In this document: piece by piece, positions 38,601-49,397 of the stretch
Layout: each line of letters starts with the position of its first letter
How positions within the stretch are numbered: position 1 is the stretch's first letter
Origin: Lactobacillaceae bacterium UBA5807
GTDB lineage: Bacteria > Bacillota > Bacilli > Lactobacillales > Lactobacillaceae
Assembly: GCA_002418005.1 (NCBI GenBank)
Contig: DIDF01000056.1
Span: 4,174-68,173, forward strand
Direction: 5' to 3'
Length of the DNA stretch: 64,000 nt
Position numbers and translations under genes: made by a program
The notes under the pieces: generated by a model
The model's database searches: none
The model's input: only the letters and a program-made list of their open reading frames with translations
What the model was told of the DNA's origin: nothing

Positions 38601-40127
38601 CAATTAATTTACGACTTAAAGCAAATTAATCCTTACGCCAAAATTAATGTTAAATTGGTTTCTTCGACTGGTGTTGGTACAATTGCGGCTGGTTGTGTTA
38701 AAGCTGGTGCAAATACCGTTGTCATTTGTGGCTATGATGGTGGAACCGGCGCCGCTCCAAGAAACTCAACCAGAGACTGTGGTCTTCCTTGGGAAATGGG
38801 CTTAGCCGATGCTCATCAGACTTTAGCTTTAAACCACTTACGTCAACGAACCACATTGGAAGTTGACGGTAAGTTAATGACTGGCAGAGACATTGCCATC
38901 GCAATCATGCTAGGGGCCGAAGAGTTTAGTTTTGCCACCCTGACAATGATTTCAATTGGCTGTGTCATGATGAGAAAATGTAACCTTAACACCTGTCCAG
39001 TCGGCGTGGCTACCCAAAATCCAGCTTTAAGAAAACTATTCTCAGGCAGACCAGAATATGTCGTCCACATGATGAAGTTTTTAGCTCAGGATTTAAGAGA
39101 AGAAATGGCCAAACTTGGGTACCGAACCGTTGACGAAATGGTTGGTCACGGCGAACACCTTTCCCCACGTTACGTTCCGTCGGGCAAAGCCAAGACTTTG
39201 AATTTTGACCGGATGTTAAATAAGGCAATTACTATCCAGCGAAAAAAGGCGAAACCTTTTGAACCTAAATATAAGTGGCCAGATTTGGATAGATTTGCTG
39301 AAACCAGTCTTAAAAATAACAACTCAACCACAATTAACCTGCCAATTGGTAATGTTGACCGAGCCGTGGGAACAAGACTTGGCGGCTGGATTGCCGCTCA
39401 CTTTGGCAATTATGGTTTAAAACCTGGCCAATTGAGGTTTAACTATCATGGAACTGCGGGCCAGAGCTTTGGGGCATTTATTACCCAAGGTTTGGAAATC
39501 AAACTTGTCGGCGAAGCAAATGATTATGTAGGCAAAGGTCTTTCTGGTGGCCGCCTAATCGTTGCCGCTCCTCAACAGGCTAAAGAAATTTACACTCACT
39601 CACCAATTGTCGGCAACGTTGCCTGTTTTGGGGCAACCGGAGGCGAGGCTTACTTTAATGGCCGCGCTGGTGAACGATTCTGTGTCAGAAATTCAGGTGC
39701 TGATGTCGTCGTTGAGGGTGTTGGGAACAACGGTTGTGAATATATGACAGGAGGAACCACCGTAATTTTAGGCAGAACCGGTCGGAATTTCGCGGCTGGA
39801 ATGTCTGGTGGAATCGCCTATATTTATGATTGGGACCACACCTTCAAATCAAAGTGCAATATGGATCTTGTTGATTTATTTGCCTTAAACGAAGCTGGCG
39901 ATGACAGTATTTTAGTAAAATTGCTAAAGAATCATGTCAAATATACCAGTTCAGAAACTGCAAAAATGATTTTGGATAATTGGGAAACCGAGAGCAAAAA
40001 GTTCATCAAAGTATATCCTCGTGATTTCCATAAGATGCAGAACTTAATCAAGAAATTCAGTAAACCAGGCCTCAAAAAAGACGATGTGATTCAAAAAGCC
40101 TTTGATGCCGCTACAAAAGAAGATTAG
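35664..40127 (+). CDS. gltB: glutamate synthase large subunit
   Basis: HDACG, HSRFSTNT, SNSGEGG, MAQGAKPGEGG, [3Fe-4S] motif GCVMMRKCNLNTCPVG and GXGXG repeats. Confidence 0.96.
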   Translation: MTDLQKDNKLMYSPKFEHDACGMGFITQIHGKASHSLVEKALTMLQRMNHRGGTGAEPDTGDGAGILMAMPDEFFHEQLKSQGIALPQKGDYAVAQLFLPHDKEKKETMLKAVLDNIEAAGNLVIGTREVPFVYENCGPAAQHSMPGFVQVFIQRSVDVKPGQDFEDNLYVLRRHLEKTFDRTAMYICSLSSRTVVYKGMLHAYQVGLFYPDLHDKHMKSAICLIHSRFSTNTFPSWDRAQPFRFLAHNGEINTLKGAENWMTSHGIEIYDEDDSDSAKLENCMEYLYRHGRTIPQSLMMMVPEAWGSGASLPQAQRSFDEYNATFIAPWDGPAALCFTDGIQVGAFLDRNGLRPSRYTLTNNDEFIVASESGTVDVEPKDIVDKGILSPAEMILVDTSTGKIHKTNELKEKYSNSHPYQQWLSANRINLDNLPDVKVEDGMSDAALKKLWLRNGYTQEVIETALVPMAENSGEPVIAMGFDSPLAVLSKKPQSLFTYFKQAFAQVTNPPIDPLREKIVIGTTVFLGRDADFTKDIPENCQKLKISSPMLSDQDYAKILSLDLPTLRVAKISLAYDLNSTPDRLEHALKEMFNQAEVAIDNGATILVLNDDDAKANQMTIPALLAVSGLHNYLVKQGKDIKASIVINTAEACEVHHFACLLGYGASAIHPYGAYATLSKRGYGNKLDNYREAATKGIIKIMSRMGISTIAGYQGAQLFEAVGISDEVIDQYFTGTPTRLGGIDLNQIEDEYLKKYQLAYSTHAIDDLQSGGSFQFKEDGEAHLYNPETIYQFQKAVRKGNYSEYKKYTKKMAEQSKENPITLRSMWEIKNNGNNPVPINEVEPVSSIVKRFKSGAMSFGALSQEAHETIAIAMNSLGARSNSGEGGEDRRRFKVGPDGLDRNSKIKQVSTARFGVNAEYLMSAEEIQIKMAQGAKPGEGGQLPAGKAYPWVASIRGSIAGVQLISPPPHHDIYSIEDLAQLIYDLKQINPYAKINVKLVSSTGVGTIAAGCVKAGANTVVICGYDGGTGAAPRNSTRDCGLPWEMGLADAHQTLALNHLRQRTTLEVDGKLMTGRDIAIAIMLGAEEFSFATLTMISIGCVMMRKCNLNTCPVGVATQNPALRKLFSGRPEYVVHMMKFLAQDLREEMAKLGYRTVDEMVGHGEHLSPRYVPSGKAKTLNFDRMLNKAITIQRKKAKPFEPKYKWPDLDRFAETSLKNNNSTTINLPIGNVDRAVGTRLGGWIAAHFGNYGLKPGQLRFNYHGTAGQSFGAFITQGLEIKLVGEANDYVGKGLSGGRLIVAAPQQAKEIYTHSPIVGNVACFGATGGEAYFNGRAGERFCVRNSGADVVVEGVGNNGCEYMTGGTTVILGRTGRNFAAGMSGGIAYIYDWDHTFKSKCNMDLVDLFALNEAGDDSILVKLLKNHVKYTSSETAKMILDNWETESKKFIKVYPRDFHKMQNLIKKFSKPGLKKDDVIQKAFDAATKED

Positions 40128-40138
40128 GAGGTTCAATA

Positions 40139-41560
40139 ATGCCAGATCCAAGAGGATTCATGAAATTTCCACGAAAAGATAATCCCATGAGACCCATCAT
40201 GCAGAGAATTAAAGATTTTGACGCTATGGAACTCAATCTTTCTGATGAGCAACGACGTCAACAAGCTGAGCGATGTATGAACTGTGGAACTCCATTTTGC
40301 CATCACGGCGTGTTCTTTGGCGGCAAAAAAGCCGTTAGTGGTTGTCCAAATGATAATTTAATTCCAGAATGGAATGATATGGTCTACCAAGACCGCGATT
40401 ATCAGGCTTTTCAAAGATTAACCAAAACAAATTATTTGCCGGATATGACCGGAAGAGTGTGCCCAGCCCCCTGTGAAGCTGCTTGTGTTCAAGCCTTAAA
40501 TGGTCCAGGAATAACAATTAGAAATAATGAGAAATTCATTATCGAAAAAGCCTTTGCCAACGGTTGGGTCGCCGATTCTGGTAAACCACTAAAACGAACT
40601 GGCAAGAAAATTGCCATTGTTGGTAGTGGCCCGGCTGGAATCTCCGCCGCTTGGCGATTAAACCAACTCGGACATTCAGTTACAATTTACGAACGTGACG
40701 ATAATTTCGGCGGTTTTTTGATGTACGGAATTCCAAACATGAAATTACCAAAGGATATCGTCAAGCGAAGAATTGATACTTTACGTGAAGTTGGTATCAA
40801 CCTGGTGGCCAACACTGAAGTCGGTAAAGATATTTCTGCCGAAGAGCTTCGCCAGAAATATGACCGGGTAATCATTGCCACCGGCGCAAGACAAGCACGA
40901 GAGCTTAATGTTCCAGGTCGGGATTTAAAGGGTATCTATCAAGCCACCGATTACTTGCGAGAAGCTACCAAAGAAGTACTAAAAAATGGAACTCAGGCAA
41001 CTAAAAAACTTAATGGCAAGCATGTTCTTGTTTTAGGTGGCGGCGATACTGGTAATGACTGTATTGGTACAATTATTCGCCAGGGCTGTGCAGGAATTAC
41101 TCAACTTGAAATCAACCCTGCTCTACCCGAAACAAGAGCTGAAGACAATCAGTGGCCGGAATGGCCGATGGTTTTAAAAACTGGCTATGGGCAAACGGAA
41201 GCCAAAACTTTGTTTGGCCCAATAACCACTTACGCTGCAACTGCCACCAAAATTTATGGAAAAGATGGTCACGTGGCTGCAGCAGAAATTAGCCAGGTAA
41301 AGAATCATAAACCAATCCCAGGAACCGGTAAAAAGGCCAATGTCGATATGGTAATTTTGGCAATGGGCTTTACGGGCCATGAGCAATGGCTGTTTGATTC
41401 ATTTGGAATCACTAAGCTAAATAAAAACTACACTACTAATGATAATCAGATTTTTGTGGCTGGCGATTGTCGCCGGGGGCCAAGTCTAGTTATTTGGGGC
41501 ATCTATGAAGGCCGCATGTGTGCAGAAAAAGTAGATGCATCACTTCAAGTTCTGAAGTAA
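40139..41560 (+). CDS. gltD: glutamate synthase small subunit
   Basis: RCMNCGTPFC, GRVCPAPCE, GSGPAG, GGGDTGNDC and AGDCRRG.SLV. Confidence 0.95.
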   Translation: MPDPRGFMKFPRKDNPMRPIMQRIKDFDAMELNLSDEQRRQQAERCMNCGTPFCHHGVFFGGKKAVSGCPNDNLIPEWNDMVYQDRDYQAFQRLTKTNYLPDMTGRVCPAPCEAACVQALNGPGITIRNNEKFIIEKAFANGWVADSGKPLKRTGKKIAIVGSGPAGISAAWRLNQLGHSVTIYERDDNFGGFLMYGIPNMKLPKDIVKRRIDTLREVGINLVANTEVGKDISAEELRQKYDRVIIATGARQARELNVPGRDLKGIYQATDYLREATKEVLKNGTQATKKLNGKHVLVLGGGDTGNDCIGTIIRQGCAGITQLEINPALPETRAEDNQWPEWPMVLKTGYGQTEAKTLFGPITTYAATATKIYGKDGHVAAAEISQVKNHKPIPGTGKKANVDMVILAMGFTGHEQWLFDSFGITKLNKNYTTNDNQIFVAGDCRRGPSLVIWGIYEGRMCAEKVDASLQVLK

Positions 41561-41597
41561 TAAAATCGTGCCACCATGTAATATGAAAAGGCATAAC

Positions 41598-41638
41598 AAA
41601 AAATACCATCATTCAATTAATGAATGATGGTATTTTTT
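41598..41638. terminator. bidirectional terminator between gltD and asd
   Basis: AAAAAATACCATCATTCA...TGAATGATGGTATTTTTT. Confidence 0.8.
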
Positions 41639-41667
41639 ATACTTAAGTTATTTAATTAACTACTAAA

Positions 41668-42753
41668 TTACTTATTTTCAGGAATGTATGGATTATCAGG
41701 AACGCGTACCAAATCACGCTTTACAAGCTCTTCGGCAATCTGAACGGCATTCCAGGCAGCCCCTTTAAGTAAGTTATCAGAAACAACCCACATATTAAAG
41801 GCACCTTTATTTTCAAGGTCTGGACGAATACGACCGACAAATGTGTCTCGTTTACCTTCAGCCAAAATTGATTGAGGATAAATTTGATGAGCAGGATCAT
41901 CCTGAACAACTACTCCAGGAGCCTTTTCCAAAAGATCTCTAATTTGATCAGCAGTTGCCGACTTATCCTCAACTTCAAAGTAAACAGTCTCACCATGAGC
42001 AATTCTGATTGGAACACGAACACAGGTAGCAGTAACTTTGATATCCTTGGCGTTCATGTCGTTAAGAAGAATCTTCTTTGTTTCGTGAATCATCTTCCAC
42101 TCTTCATGGGTATATCCATCATCATGGAATACATCAATTTGAGGAAGTAAATTAAATGCCATTTGATAATGCTTTTTATCACCCTTGGTTGGTAAAATCT
42201 TAGGATGAACCGGTTCCCCATTAAGAACTTGTTGAGATTCTTCCATCAATTCATTAAGAGCTGATTGACCAGCACCAGAAACAGCTTGGTAAGTGGAACA
42301 AATGACCTGTTTTAAACCAAACTTACGGTAAATTGGGCCAAGGGCCATAACCATTTGAATAGTTGAACAGTTGGGATCAGAAAGAATTCCTCTGTGTTCT
42401 TCGACTCTATCAGCATTAATTTCTGGGACAACCAAAGGAACTTCGGGATCCATTCTAAAGTGACTGGTATTATCAACACAAACCGCACCGCGTTTTACAG
42501 CTTCTGGAAGATACTTAGCAGAAACAGATCCCCCTGCAGAAGCGAGAACTAAATCAATGCCATTAAATGAATCAGGTGTGGTCTCTTCAACAGTAAGTTC
42601 TTTGCCTTTAAACTTTAGCTTTTTGCCTGCTGATCTTGAAGACGCCAGTAATTTAACACTCTTAGTTGGAATAGTTGATTGTTCCAATTGTTGAATCATT
42701 CTTGTTCCAACAGCACCCGTAGCACCTAAAATCGCAACGTTATATTCTCTCAT
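41668..42753 (-). CDS. asd: aspartate-semialdehyde dehydrogenase
   Basis: [24 protein letters not shown] and DNLLKGAA. Confidence 0.95.
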   Translation of the reverse strand: MREYNVAILGATGAVGTRMIQQLEQSTIPTKSVKLLASSRSAGKKLKFKGKELTVEETTPDSFNGIDLVLASAGGSVSAKYLPEAVKRGAVCVDNTSHFRMDPEVPLVVPEINADRVEEHRGILSDPNCSTIQMVMALGPIYRKFGLKQVICSTYQAVSGAGQSALNELMEESQQVLNGEPVHPKILPTKGDKKHYQMAFNLLPQIDVFHDDGYTHEEWKMIHETKKILLNDMNAKDIKVTATCVRVPIRIAHGETVYFEVEDKSATADQIRDLLEKAPGVVVQDDPAHQIYPQSILAEGKRDTFVGRIRPDLENKGAFNMWVVSDNLLKGAAWNAVQIAEELVKRDLVRVPDNPYIPENK

Positions 42754-42784
42754 TTTGAACGAAATCCCCTTCTCTTATTTTTTA

Positions 42785-43972
42785 TTATTCTGTAACCATA
42801 GCTAAATATTTTTCCATTCGATCCATGCATAACTTGATGTCTTCATCAGAAGCTGCATAAGAAAGTCTGATGTAGCCTTCACCACCGGGTCCAAAAGCAG
42901 AACCTGGGGTTACACCAACTTTGCCTTTTTTAGCTAAATCTTTAGCAAATTCAAGCGAAGACATGTGAATGTGTTCAGGAATTTTAACAAAGATATAAAA
43001 TGCTCCATGGGGTTCCACAATATCAAATCCCATGTCTGCTAAACGACCAGCAATATAGTCACGTCGTTTTTGATAAATATCTTTCATAGCTTTAGGATCC
43101 TGCAATCCATTTTCAAGGGCTTCAGCTGCAGCATATTGAGCAGGATTTGAAGGAGCAGTGACAACAAAAGCATGAACTTTAGTTGCTTCTTTAACAAAGT
43201 CAGCCGGTGCAGCAATATAGCCAACTCGATACCCGGTCATTGCGTGAGACTTTGATAAGCCATTGATTAAAATAGTTTGTTCTGGAAGCATGCTGGCAAT
43301 GGAGTAATGTTGGACACCATAAGTCAGTTCTTTATAAATTTCATCGGCAATTACAAACATCTTGTGCTGAGAAATAATATCAGCCAAAGATTGTAATTGA
43401 TCTTTGCTGTATTCAACACCGGTGGGGTTACCTGGGTAATTAAGTAATACTGCTTTGACACTATCACCATACTTATCCAAAGCACCTTGAAGTTTTTCAG
43501 GAGTCAAAACAAAATCATCGGCTGAGGTATCAATTGTGATGATGTCAGCCCCAGTTAATCTAATGATTGGAAAATACAAAGCAAATGTTGGAGTTGGAAC
43601 AATAATCTTATCGCCGGGATTTAAAAGAGCGTTGATTGAATCATAAATTGCTTCGGTTGCACCGACAGTGACAATGATTTCTGATTCTGGATCATACTCA
43701 ACGCCAGTGCCATCTTGGAGATAATGACTAATTGCTTGGCGAAGTTCAATAATCCCTGGTTGAGCAGAATAATGGGATTTATTTTCTTTGATGCTTTCAA
43801 TTGCAGCTTGTTTTACATGTTCTGGAACATCAAAATCGGGTTCACCAATAGTCAACTTTACAATTCCAGGAATCGGTGAAATTTCTTGATCAAATTCCCG
43901 AATTCCGGATGGAGCAACTTCCTCAACTTTCCTGTTAACAATTCCTGAAAGCTTCTTATCTAACTGTGGCAT
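42785..43972 (-). CDS. PLP-dependent class I aminotransferase (PatA/DapX-type N-acetyl-diaminopimelate aminotransferase)
   Basis: IGEPDF, NYPGNPTG, DEIY and SKSHAMTGYRVG; located in the dap operon. Confidence 0.88.
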   Translation of the reverse strand: MPQLDKKLSGIVNRKVEEVAPSGIREFDQEISPIPGIVKLTIGEPDFDVPEHVKQAAIESIKENKSHYSAQPGIIELRQAISHYLQDGTGVEYDPESEIIVTVGATEAIYDSINALLNPGDKIIVPTPTFALYFPIIRLTGADIITIDTSADDFVLTPEKLQGALDKYGDSVKAVLLNYPGNPTGVEYSKDQLQSLADIISQHKMFVIADEIYKELTYGVQHYSIASMLPEQTILINGLSKSHAMTGYRVGYIAAPADFVKEATKVHAFVVTAPSNPAQYAAAEALENGLQDPKAMKDIYQKRRDYIAGRLADMGFDIVEPHGAFYIFVKIPEHIHMSSLEFAKDLAKKGKVGVTPGSAFGPGGEGYIRLSYAASDEDIKLCMDRMEKYLAMVTE

Positions 43973-43990
43973 AATATCCTCCCATTTTTC

Positions 43991-44764
43991 CTATAAAATA
44001 TTTTCCAATCCAACAATAAGTTCTTTTGCCTTTGCAGCAGCTGGAACCGCTAATTTGACTCCGCCCATAAAGGACTGACGGTCAAACGAATCTTGTCTAA
44101 TCGTCAATGCCTCACCAGTACTGCCAAACAAAACCTGTTCGTGGGCAATGTAGCCGGGTAAACGAACGGAATGAATTCTAACACCCTTATAATCGCCACC
44201 ACGAACACCAGGCACTGATTCCTCTGATTTGGATTCATCCACTGAACCTCTTGCCTGAGCGATCATTTTAGCCGTACTCAGAGCCGTCCCTGATGGAGCA
44301 TCCAGTTTATCTGCATGATGCATTTCAATAATTTCTGCGTGAGGCATGTATTTAGCAGCTTCTTTGGCAAACTTCATCAGCAAAACCGCTGAAATTCCAA
44401 AGTTTGGAGCTAAAATACCGCCAACACCTGTTTGTTTAGCCAACTTAACAAGTTCATTTTGCTGTTCATCGGACATCCCAGAAGTTCCAATTACCGGATG
44501 TATTCCGTGATTTATCGCAAATTTAGCATTATTAAACACTGCCGTTGGAACAGTAAAATCAATCCAAACATCTGCATTAACATTTATTTTATCAAAATTA
44601 TTAAAAATAGCTACATTATTTGCAAGATCGTAATCAGAAGGATTTGTTGTCTTCAAAGCCGGATTAAAAATTCCAACTAACTGAAAACTATCAGAATCAT
44701 TTACCATTTCAACAGTCTTTTTTGCCATTGATCCCGGAAAACCAGCGACAAGAATCTTAATCAT
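43991..44764 (-). CDS. dapB: 4-hydroxy-tetrahydrodipicolinate reductase
   Basis: DFT.P, APNF and EMHHADKLDAPSGTA. Confidence 0.95.
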   Translation of the reverse strand: MIKILVAGFPGSMAKKTVEMVNDSDSFQLVGIFNPALKTTNPSDYDLANNVAIFNNFDKINVNADVWIDFTVPTAVFNNAKFAINHGIHPVIGTSGMSDEQQNELVKLAKQTGVGGILAPNFGISAVLLMKFAKEAAKYMPHAEIIEMHHADKLDAPSGTALSTAKMIAQARGSVDESKSEESVPGVRGGDYKGVRIHSVRLPGYIAHEQVLFGSTGEALTIRQDSFDRQSFMGGVKLAVPAAAKAKELIVGLENIL

Positions 44765-44785
44765 TAGATTTGTTTCTCCTCTTTT

Positions 44786-45685
44786 TTAAGCTCTTAATTT
44801 TGGTAACAAAGCATCAGCCTTCATATCCAATTGGCCAGCCAAAGTCTTAAGCTCGTCATCATTAAGCGGCAAGATTGGCAAGCGACATGAACCAACAGGA
44901 TATCCAGTAGCATTAAGGACTGCCTTAACACATGATGGTGACGGATGAGAGAACAAAGCAGAAACTTTTGGTGTCAAGAAACGCATAAGCTGTCCAGCTC
45001 TTTGATAATCACCATTATCAAGTGAGTCATACATTTCGCGCATTTGTTTGCCATAAACATGACTGATAACAGAAACAACTCCATTGCCGCCAACAACTTT
45101 AGCAAACAATGCTTGGGCATCTTCACCGGTATATACGGCAAAATCATCATCAGTCCGTTCTACTAAGTCTTCGAAGTCAGCCATTGTAGTACACTGTTTT
45201 ACACCAGCAATGTTGGGGTTGTGTGAAAGTTCAACAACTGTGTCATTACTCATTGTGACGCCTGTTCGACCAGGAATGTTATAGATAAATAGTGGAATTT
45301 CAGAGGCCTTGGCAACTGTGGTGAAGTGAGCAATCATCCCACGTTGATCTGGCTTGTTGTAATAAGGAACCACAACAAGGGCATAATCGATGCCAGGAAT
45401 TTCGCTAACTTCTTTGGTAAAACTTGCAGTCTCGGCAGTGTTGTTGCTGCCAGTTCCAGCAATGATTTCGGCTCTTCCGTGAACTATTTTTGCAAATTCT
45501 GTATACAAATCGATCTTTTCATCATGGCTTAAAGTTGGAGTTTCACCAGTAGTACCACCAATAACAAATCCCTTTGAACCAGTTTCCAATAAATGATTGG
45601 TCAACTTATCCAAACGGGCAAAATCTAATTTACCGTCATCTCCAAAAGGTGTAACAATCGCAGTCATAATATCTGCTTGAATCAT
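44786..45685 (-). CDS. dapA: 4-hydroxy-tetrahydrodipicolinate synthase
   Basis: [26 protein letters not shown] and GVKQ. Confidence 0.95.
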   Translation of the reverse strand: MIQADIMTAIVTPFGDDGKLDFARLDKLTNHLLETGSKGFVIGGTTGETPTLSHDEKIDLYTEFAKIVHGRAEIIAGTGSNNTAETASFTKEVSEIPGIDYALVVVPYYNKPDQRGMIAHFTTVAKASEIPLFIYNIPGRTGVTMSNDTVVELSHNPNIAGVKQCTTMADFEDLVERTDDDFAVYTGEDAQALFAKVVGGNGVVSVISHVYGKQMREMYDSLDNGDYQRAGQLMRFLTPKVSALFSHPSPSCVKAVLNATGYPVGSCRLPILPLNDDELKTLAGQLDMKADALLPKLRA

Positions 45686-45703
45686 AGTAATCATCCTTTC
45701 TAC

Positions 45704-46876
45704 CTATTTATAATCATTCATCCGATAATCCAAAAACTTGGTAATTGCTTGAACTCCGAGTTCAATTGATTCTTCTTTAGGGTTCAAAGTAGCTGAATGA
45801 AGTTGTGATTTATCTTCAACACCAAGCCAAAACATTGTTCCCTTAATTTTACTTAATAAGTATCCAAAGTCCTCACCAGTCATAGCCGGTTGAGTTTCGA
45901 TAAAGTTAACTTCTGGCTGGTTCTTCATAAAATCAATAAAGTGCCGAGTCAATTCAGGATTGTTCTCTACTGGAAGATAACCACCCTGATTAAATTCAAT
46001 GTTTACCTTTGCTCCGTAACTGGTAGCAATTCCTTGACCAACTTGTTTGATTCTTTGAACAATATGTTCAATCATCTTTTGAGTTAGCCCTCTAATTGTC
46101 CCTTCAATTCTGGCACGGCCGGCGATAACATTTCTAATTGTTCCAGCATCCATTTTGCCAAAAGTAATTACGCCGCCTTCAATTGGATCAACGCTTCTTG
46201 AAACAATTGTTTGAATCTGGTTGATAAATTGAGAAGCTGCAACAACCATATCATTTGCTAGTTGAGGATAAGCCGCATGACCACTTTTGCCAATCAAATC
46301 GACATTAACTTCTGTGGTCCCTGCAAAAAGGGTGCCCATCCGACAACCAATTGCTCCAGCGGGTAACTGTGGATTATCATGCAATCCATAAAACTCATCA
46401 GGCAGCCACTTACCTTTGAAAACTCCTAATTCGTATGCAACCTTACCGCCATTATCATTTTCTTCGGCAGGCTGAAAGAAAAATATCATATTATCTTTTG
46501 GTTGATGAGCCGCAAAATAACTTAATACCCCTAAAGCCACCGTCATATGAATATCATGCCCACAGGCATGCATTACACCTGGATGTTTAGAAGAAAATGG
46601 TAACCCAGTTTTTTCTTCAACTGGTAAAGCATCAATGTCAGTTCGATAACCAACAGTTAGTTGAGGATTGCTTCCTTTGACATAAACTAGAATGGCGGTA
46701 GGAAGCTTTTCAACTTCTCTAATTTCCAAAAATTCTTGATTAAAGCTTTTAATTATTTTTAAAAGGTAATCATGAGTTTGAACTTCATGCATTGCCAATT
46801 CTGGAATCTGGTGAAGATGCCGTCGAATTTCAATTAACTGCTTTTCTGTTAATTCTTGATCTAGTACCTGCGACAT
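45704..46876 (-). CDS. dapL: N-acetyldiaminopimelate deacetylase (M20)
   Basis: RRHLHQIPE, MHACGHD, FQPAEE and MTGEDFG; in the dap operon. Confidence 0.9.
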   Translation of the reverse strand: MSQVLDQELTEKQLIEIRRHLHQIPELAMHEVQTHDYLLKIIKSFNQEFLEIREVEKLPTAILVYVKGSNPQLTVGYRTDIDALPVEEKTGLPFSSKHPGVMHACGHDIHMTVALGVLSYFAAHQPKDNMIFFFQPAEENDNGGKVAYELGVFKGKWLPDEFYGLHDNPQLPAGAIGCRMGTLFAGTTEVNVDLIGKSGHAAYPQLANDMVVAASQFINQIQTIVSRSVDPIEGGVITFGKMDAGTIRNVIAGRARIEGTIRGLTQKMIEHIVQRIKQVGQGIATSYGAKVNIEFNQGGYLPVENNPELTRHFIDFMKNQPEVNFIETQPAMTGEDFGYLLSKIKGTMFWLGVEDKSQLHSATLNPKEESIELGVQAITKFLDYRMNDYK

Positions 46877-46882
46877 AGTTAA

Positions 46883-47593
46883 TCACAACTTTCTTAAAGC
46901 ATCTTCAAGGCCGGTTTTTGATTTAGTCTTGGCATCGATATCTTTAATCTTTCTTGCTGGTACTCCAGCAACTAGGGTATGAGCAGCAACATCTTTAGTA
47001 ACAATTGAACCGGCGGCAACCACCGCCCCATCCCCAACGGAGACGCCTTCAATAACAACGGCATTTGCGCCAACTAAAACATTATCTCCAATTTGAACTG
47101 GTTTTGCAGAAGCAGGCTCGACAACTCCGGCTAGAACTGCACCGGCACCAATATGTGAATGTTTACCAACAATTGCTCGACCACCCATAACAACACCCAT
47201 ATCTATCATGCTGTCATCACCGATCTCTGCGCCAATGTTAATAATTGCGCCCATCATCACAACAGCATTATTTCCTATTGTAACTTGGTCTCTAATTACT
47301 GCCCCTGGTTCAATTCTGGCATTAACATTTTTAATATCCAAAAGGGGAACGGCTGAATTTCTTGAATCATTTTCAATTTCAGTATTTTCAATTATTGATT
47401 TGTTCTTGTCCAAGAATGGTTTAACGTCTGTCCAGTCCCCAAAAAGGACTGCTGTCTTAGACTCAACAAATGCTTTAATTGCCTCAGGAATCTGAACTTG
47501 GTTTAAATTTCCTTTTACATAAACCTTGACTGGGGTTTTCTTTTTAGCATTTGCAATAAAATCAATAATTTCTTGAGCATCCATCTTTTTCAA
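46883..47593 (-). CDS. dapH: tetrahydrodipicolinate N-acetyltransferase
   Basis: [23 protein letters not shown], hexapeptide repeats and AGVVEPASA. Confidence 0.93.
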   Translation of the reverse strand: MKKMDAQEIIDFIANAKKKTPVKVYVKGNLNQVQIPEAIKAFVESKTAVLFGDWTDVKPFLDKNKSIIENTEIENDSRNSAVPLLDIKNVNARIEPGAVIRDQVTIGNNAVVMMGAIINIGAEIGDDSMIDMGVVMGGRAIVGKHSHIGAGAVLAGVVEPASAKPVQIGDNVLVGANAVVIEGVSVGDGAVVAAGSIVTKDVAAHTLVAGVPARKIKDIDAKTKSKTGLEDALRKL

Positions 47594-47607
47594 CTTTATT
47601 CCCTCAC

Positions 47608-48909
47608 TTATAATGTTTGATCTAATGAAACAATGTCATCTAACGTTTCTCTTCTAATTGCTAATTTGGATTTGCCATTTTCAACAAACACCACGGCAGG
47701 CCGCGGATTACGATTATAATTGGAAGCCATTGAATAACCGTATGCTCCGGTTGCTAACATTGCTAAGACATCCCCAGGTTTTGTCGCTGGCATTTCTTGA
47801 TCCTTAATAAGGATATCACCAGATTCACAGTATTTACCGGCAATTCGAACATCCTCCTTGATTGGAGCGTTCGGATTGTTAGCAAGTACCGCTTCATACT
47901 TGGCCTGGTATAAAGCGGGCCGAATATTATCACCCATGCCACCATCAACGGTGACATAAGGTTTAATGCCTGGAACATCTTTTCGCGAACCGATGGTATA
48001 TAAATTATACCCAGCAGGACCAACGATTGAACGACCAGGCTCAATCCAAACTGCTGGCATCTTTATTCCCAACTCAGCCGCTTTTGACTTAATTGTTTTA
48101 ACAATGGCATCCACAAACATCTCTGGCGCAATCGGATCATCGCCCTCAACGTATTTAATTCCAAAGCCACCGCCAACATTAACAACTTTGGCTTCATAGC
48201 CAAGTGATTTTTTCCAGTCGGCTAAAGTTTCAATTAGCTTGGCTGCTTCCATCTCAAATCCTTTAACTTCAAAAATCTGTGACCCAATATGAGCGTGAAT
48301 GCCGATCATATTCATTTCGGGAATTGCTAAGACTTCTTGTAAAGCCTTTTTACCTTGGCCGCTTTGAATATCGAAGCCAAACTTACTGTCAACTTGACCA
48401 GTTTGATCATATTCATGGGTATGGGCTGAAACTCCGGGGGTCAGGCGCAGCATAACGTCGATCTTACTATGACTTTCCTTTAAGATATCAGCGAGAAGAT
48501 CAATTTCATGAAAATTATCAAGCATTACAACACCGATATGATTTTTAACCGCCATTTCTAATTCTTCACGTGATTTATTATTGCCATGAAAGCTTACACG
48601 ATCCATCGGAAAGTGGGCTTTAATTGCGGTATAAAGTTCGCCGCCGGAAACCACATCAATATGAGCCTTTTCTTGTTCTACCAACTGAAACATTGCAATA
48701 CAAGCAAAAGCTTTGCTGGCGTAACTAACAGCGTAATCAACGCCGTTTTGTTCAAAAACCTTTTGGAAATGATGTATTTGATCTCGGATTGATTTGACAT
48801 CATAGACAACCAGTGGGGTTTTATATTGTTTAACTAAATTCAATGTATCCACACCGCCAATTTCCATATGGCCGGCTTGATTTGTATTAATTCCACTGTT
48901 TGTATCCAT
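47608..48909 (-). CDS. lysA: diaminopimelate decarboxylase
   Basis: YASKAF, HGNNKS, HIGSQ, EPGRS, CESGD and [15 protein letters not shown] at 48909 after GGAGG. Confidence 0.95.
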   Translation of the reverse strand: MDTNSGINTNQAGHMEIGGVDTLNLVKQYKTPLVVYDVKSIRDQIHHFQKVFEQNGVDYAVSYASKAFACIAMFQLVEQEKAHIDVVSGGELYTAIKAHFPMDRVSFHGNNKSREELEMAVKNHIGVVMLDNFHEIDLLADILKESHSKIDVMLRLTPGVSAHTHEYDQTGQVDSKFGFDIQSGQGKKALQEVLAIPEMNMIGIHAHIGSQIFEVKGFEMEAAKLIETLADWKKSLGYEAKVVNVGGGFGIKYVEGDDPIAPEMFVDAIVKTIKSKAAELGIKMPAVWIEPGRSIVGPAGYNLYTIGSRKDVPGIKPYVTVDGGMGDNIRPALYQAKYEAVLANNPNAPIKEDVRIAGKYCESGDILIKDQEMPATKPGDVLAMLATGAYGYSMASNYNRNPRPAVVFVENGKSKLAIRRETLDDIVSLDQTL

Positions 48910-48947
48910 AATTTCCTCCAGAAATTTATTTTTAGATTTAGAGGCAT

Positions 48948-48988
48948 AAAAAAAGATCTTTTTGTTGGGCACTCAACAAAAAGATCTT
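48948..48988 (-). terminator. attenuator terminator of the lysine riboswitch
   Basis: AAGATCTTTTTGTTG...CAACAAAAAGATCTT + T tract on the minus strand. Confidence 0.75.
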
Positions 48989-49016
48989 AGAATTAAATTC
49001 TTATTCTAATTCATTA

Positions 49017-49190
49017 ATGTTAGCGCTCCGCAAACAACTTGTTGCCTGCGACAGTCCATAGCTTATTGAACTATGTCCCAGCGAGCTTCGTGCTACTTCA
49101 CGAAGTGCCTCGGCAACTTCCCCTTTCACTAGGTTCAAAGTTTAAGTAGAAACTCCACTAGCTAATTATGTCGGTTGCAACCTCTAATCT
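49017..49190 (-). promoter_or_regulatory. lysine riboswitch (L-box)
   Basis: Reverse complement AGAGGTTGC...GAAAGGGGAAGTTGCCGA...GCTGGG...GACTGTC...GGAGCGCTA, upstream of lysA. Confidence 0.92.
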
Positions 49191-49397
49191 ATATGTTTAA
49201 TTATTACAAAGTTTATAATTAATTCACAGATTCGTCAACCCTTGAAAGTTATAAAAACCAAATTTTTTCTTTATTTATCCCGGCTTAAAGCATTTTTCAT
49301 GAAAATAAATCAATTTTCAGCTTTGCTAATTACATTAAAAATGCTAAACTTTTGCTAATAATACAGAGAATTTTTGACATGGGAGTGGAAGTTAAGA

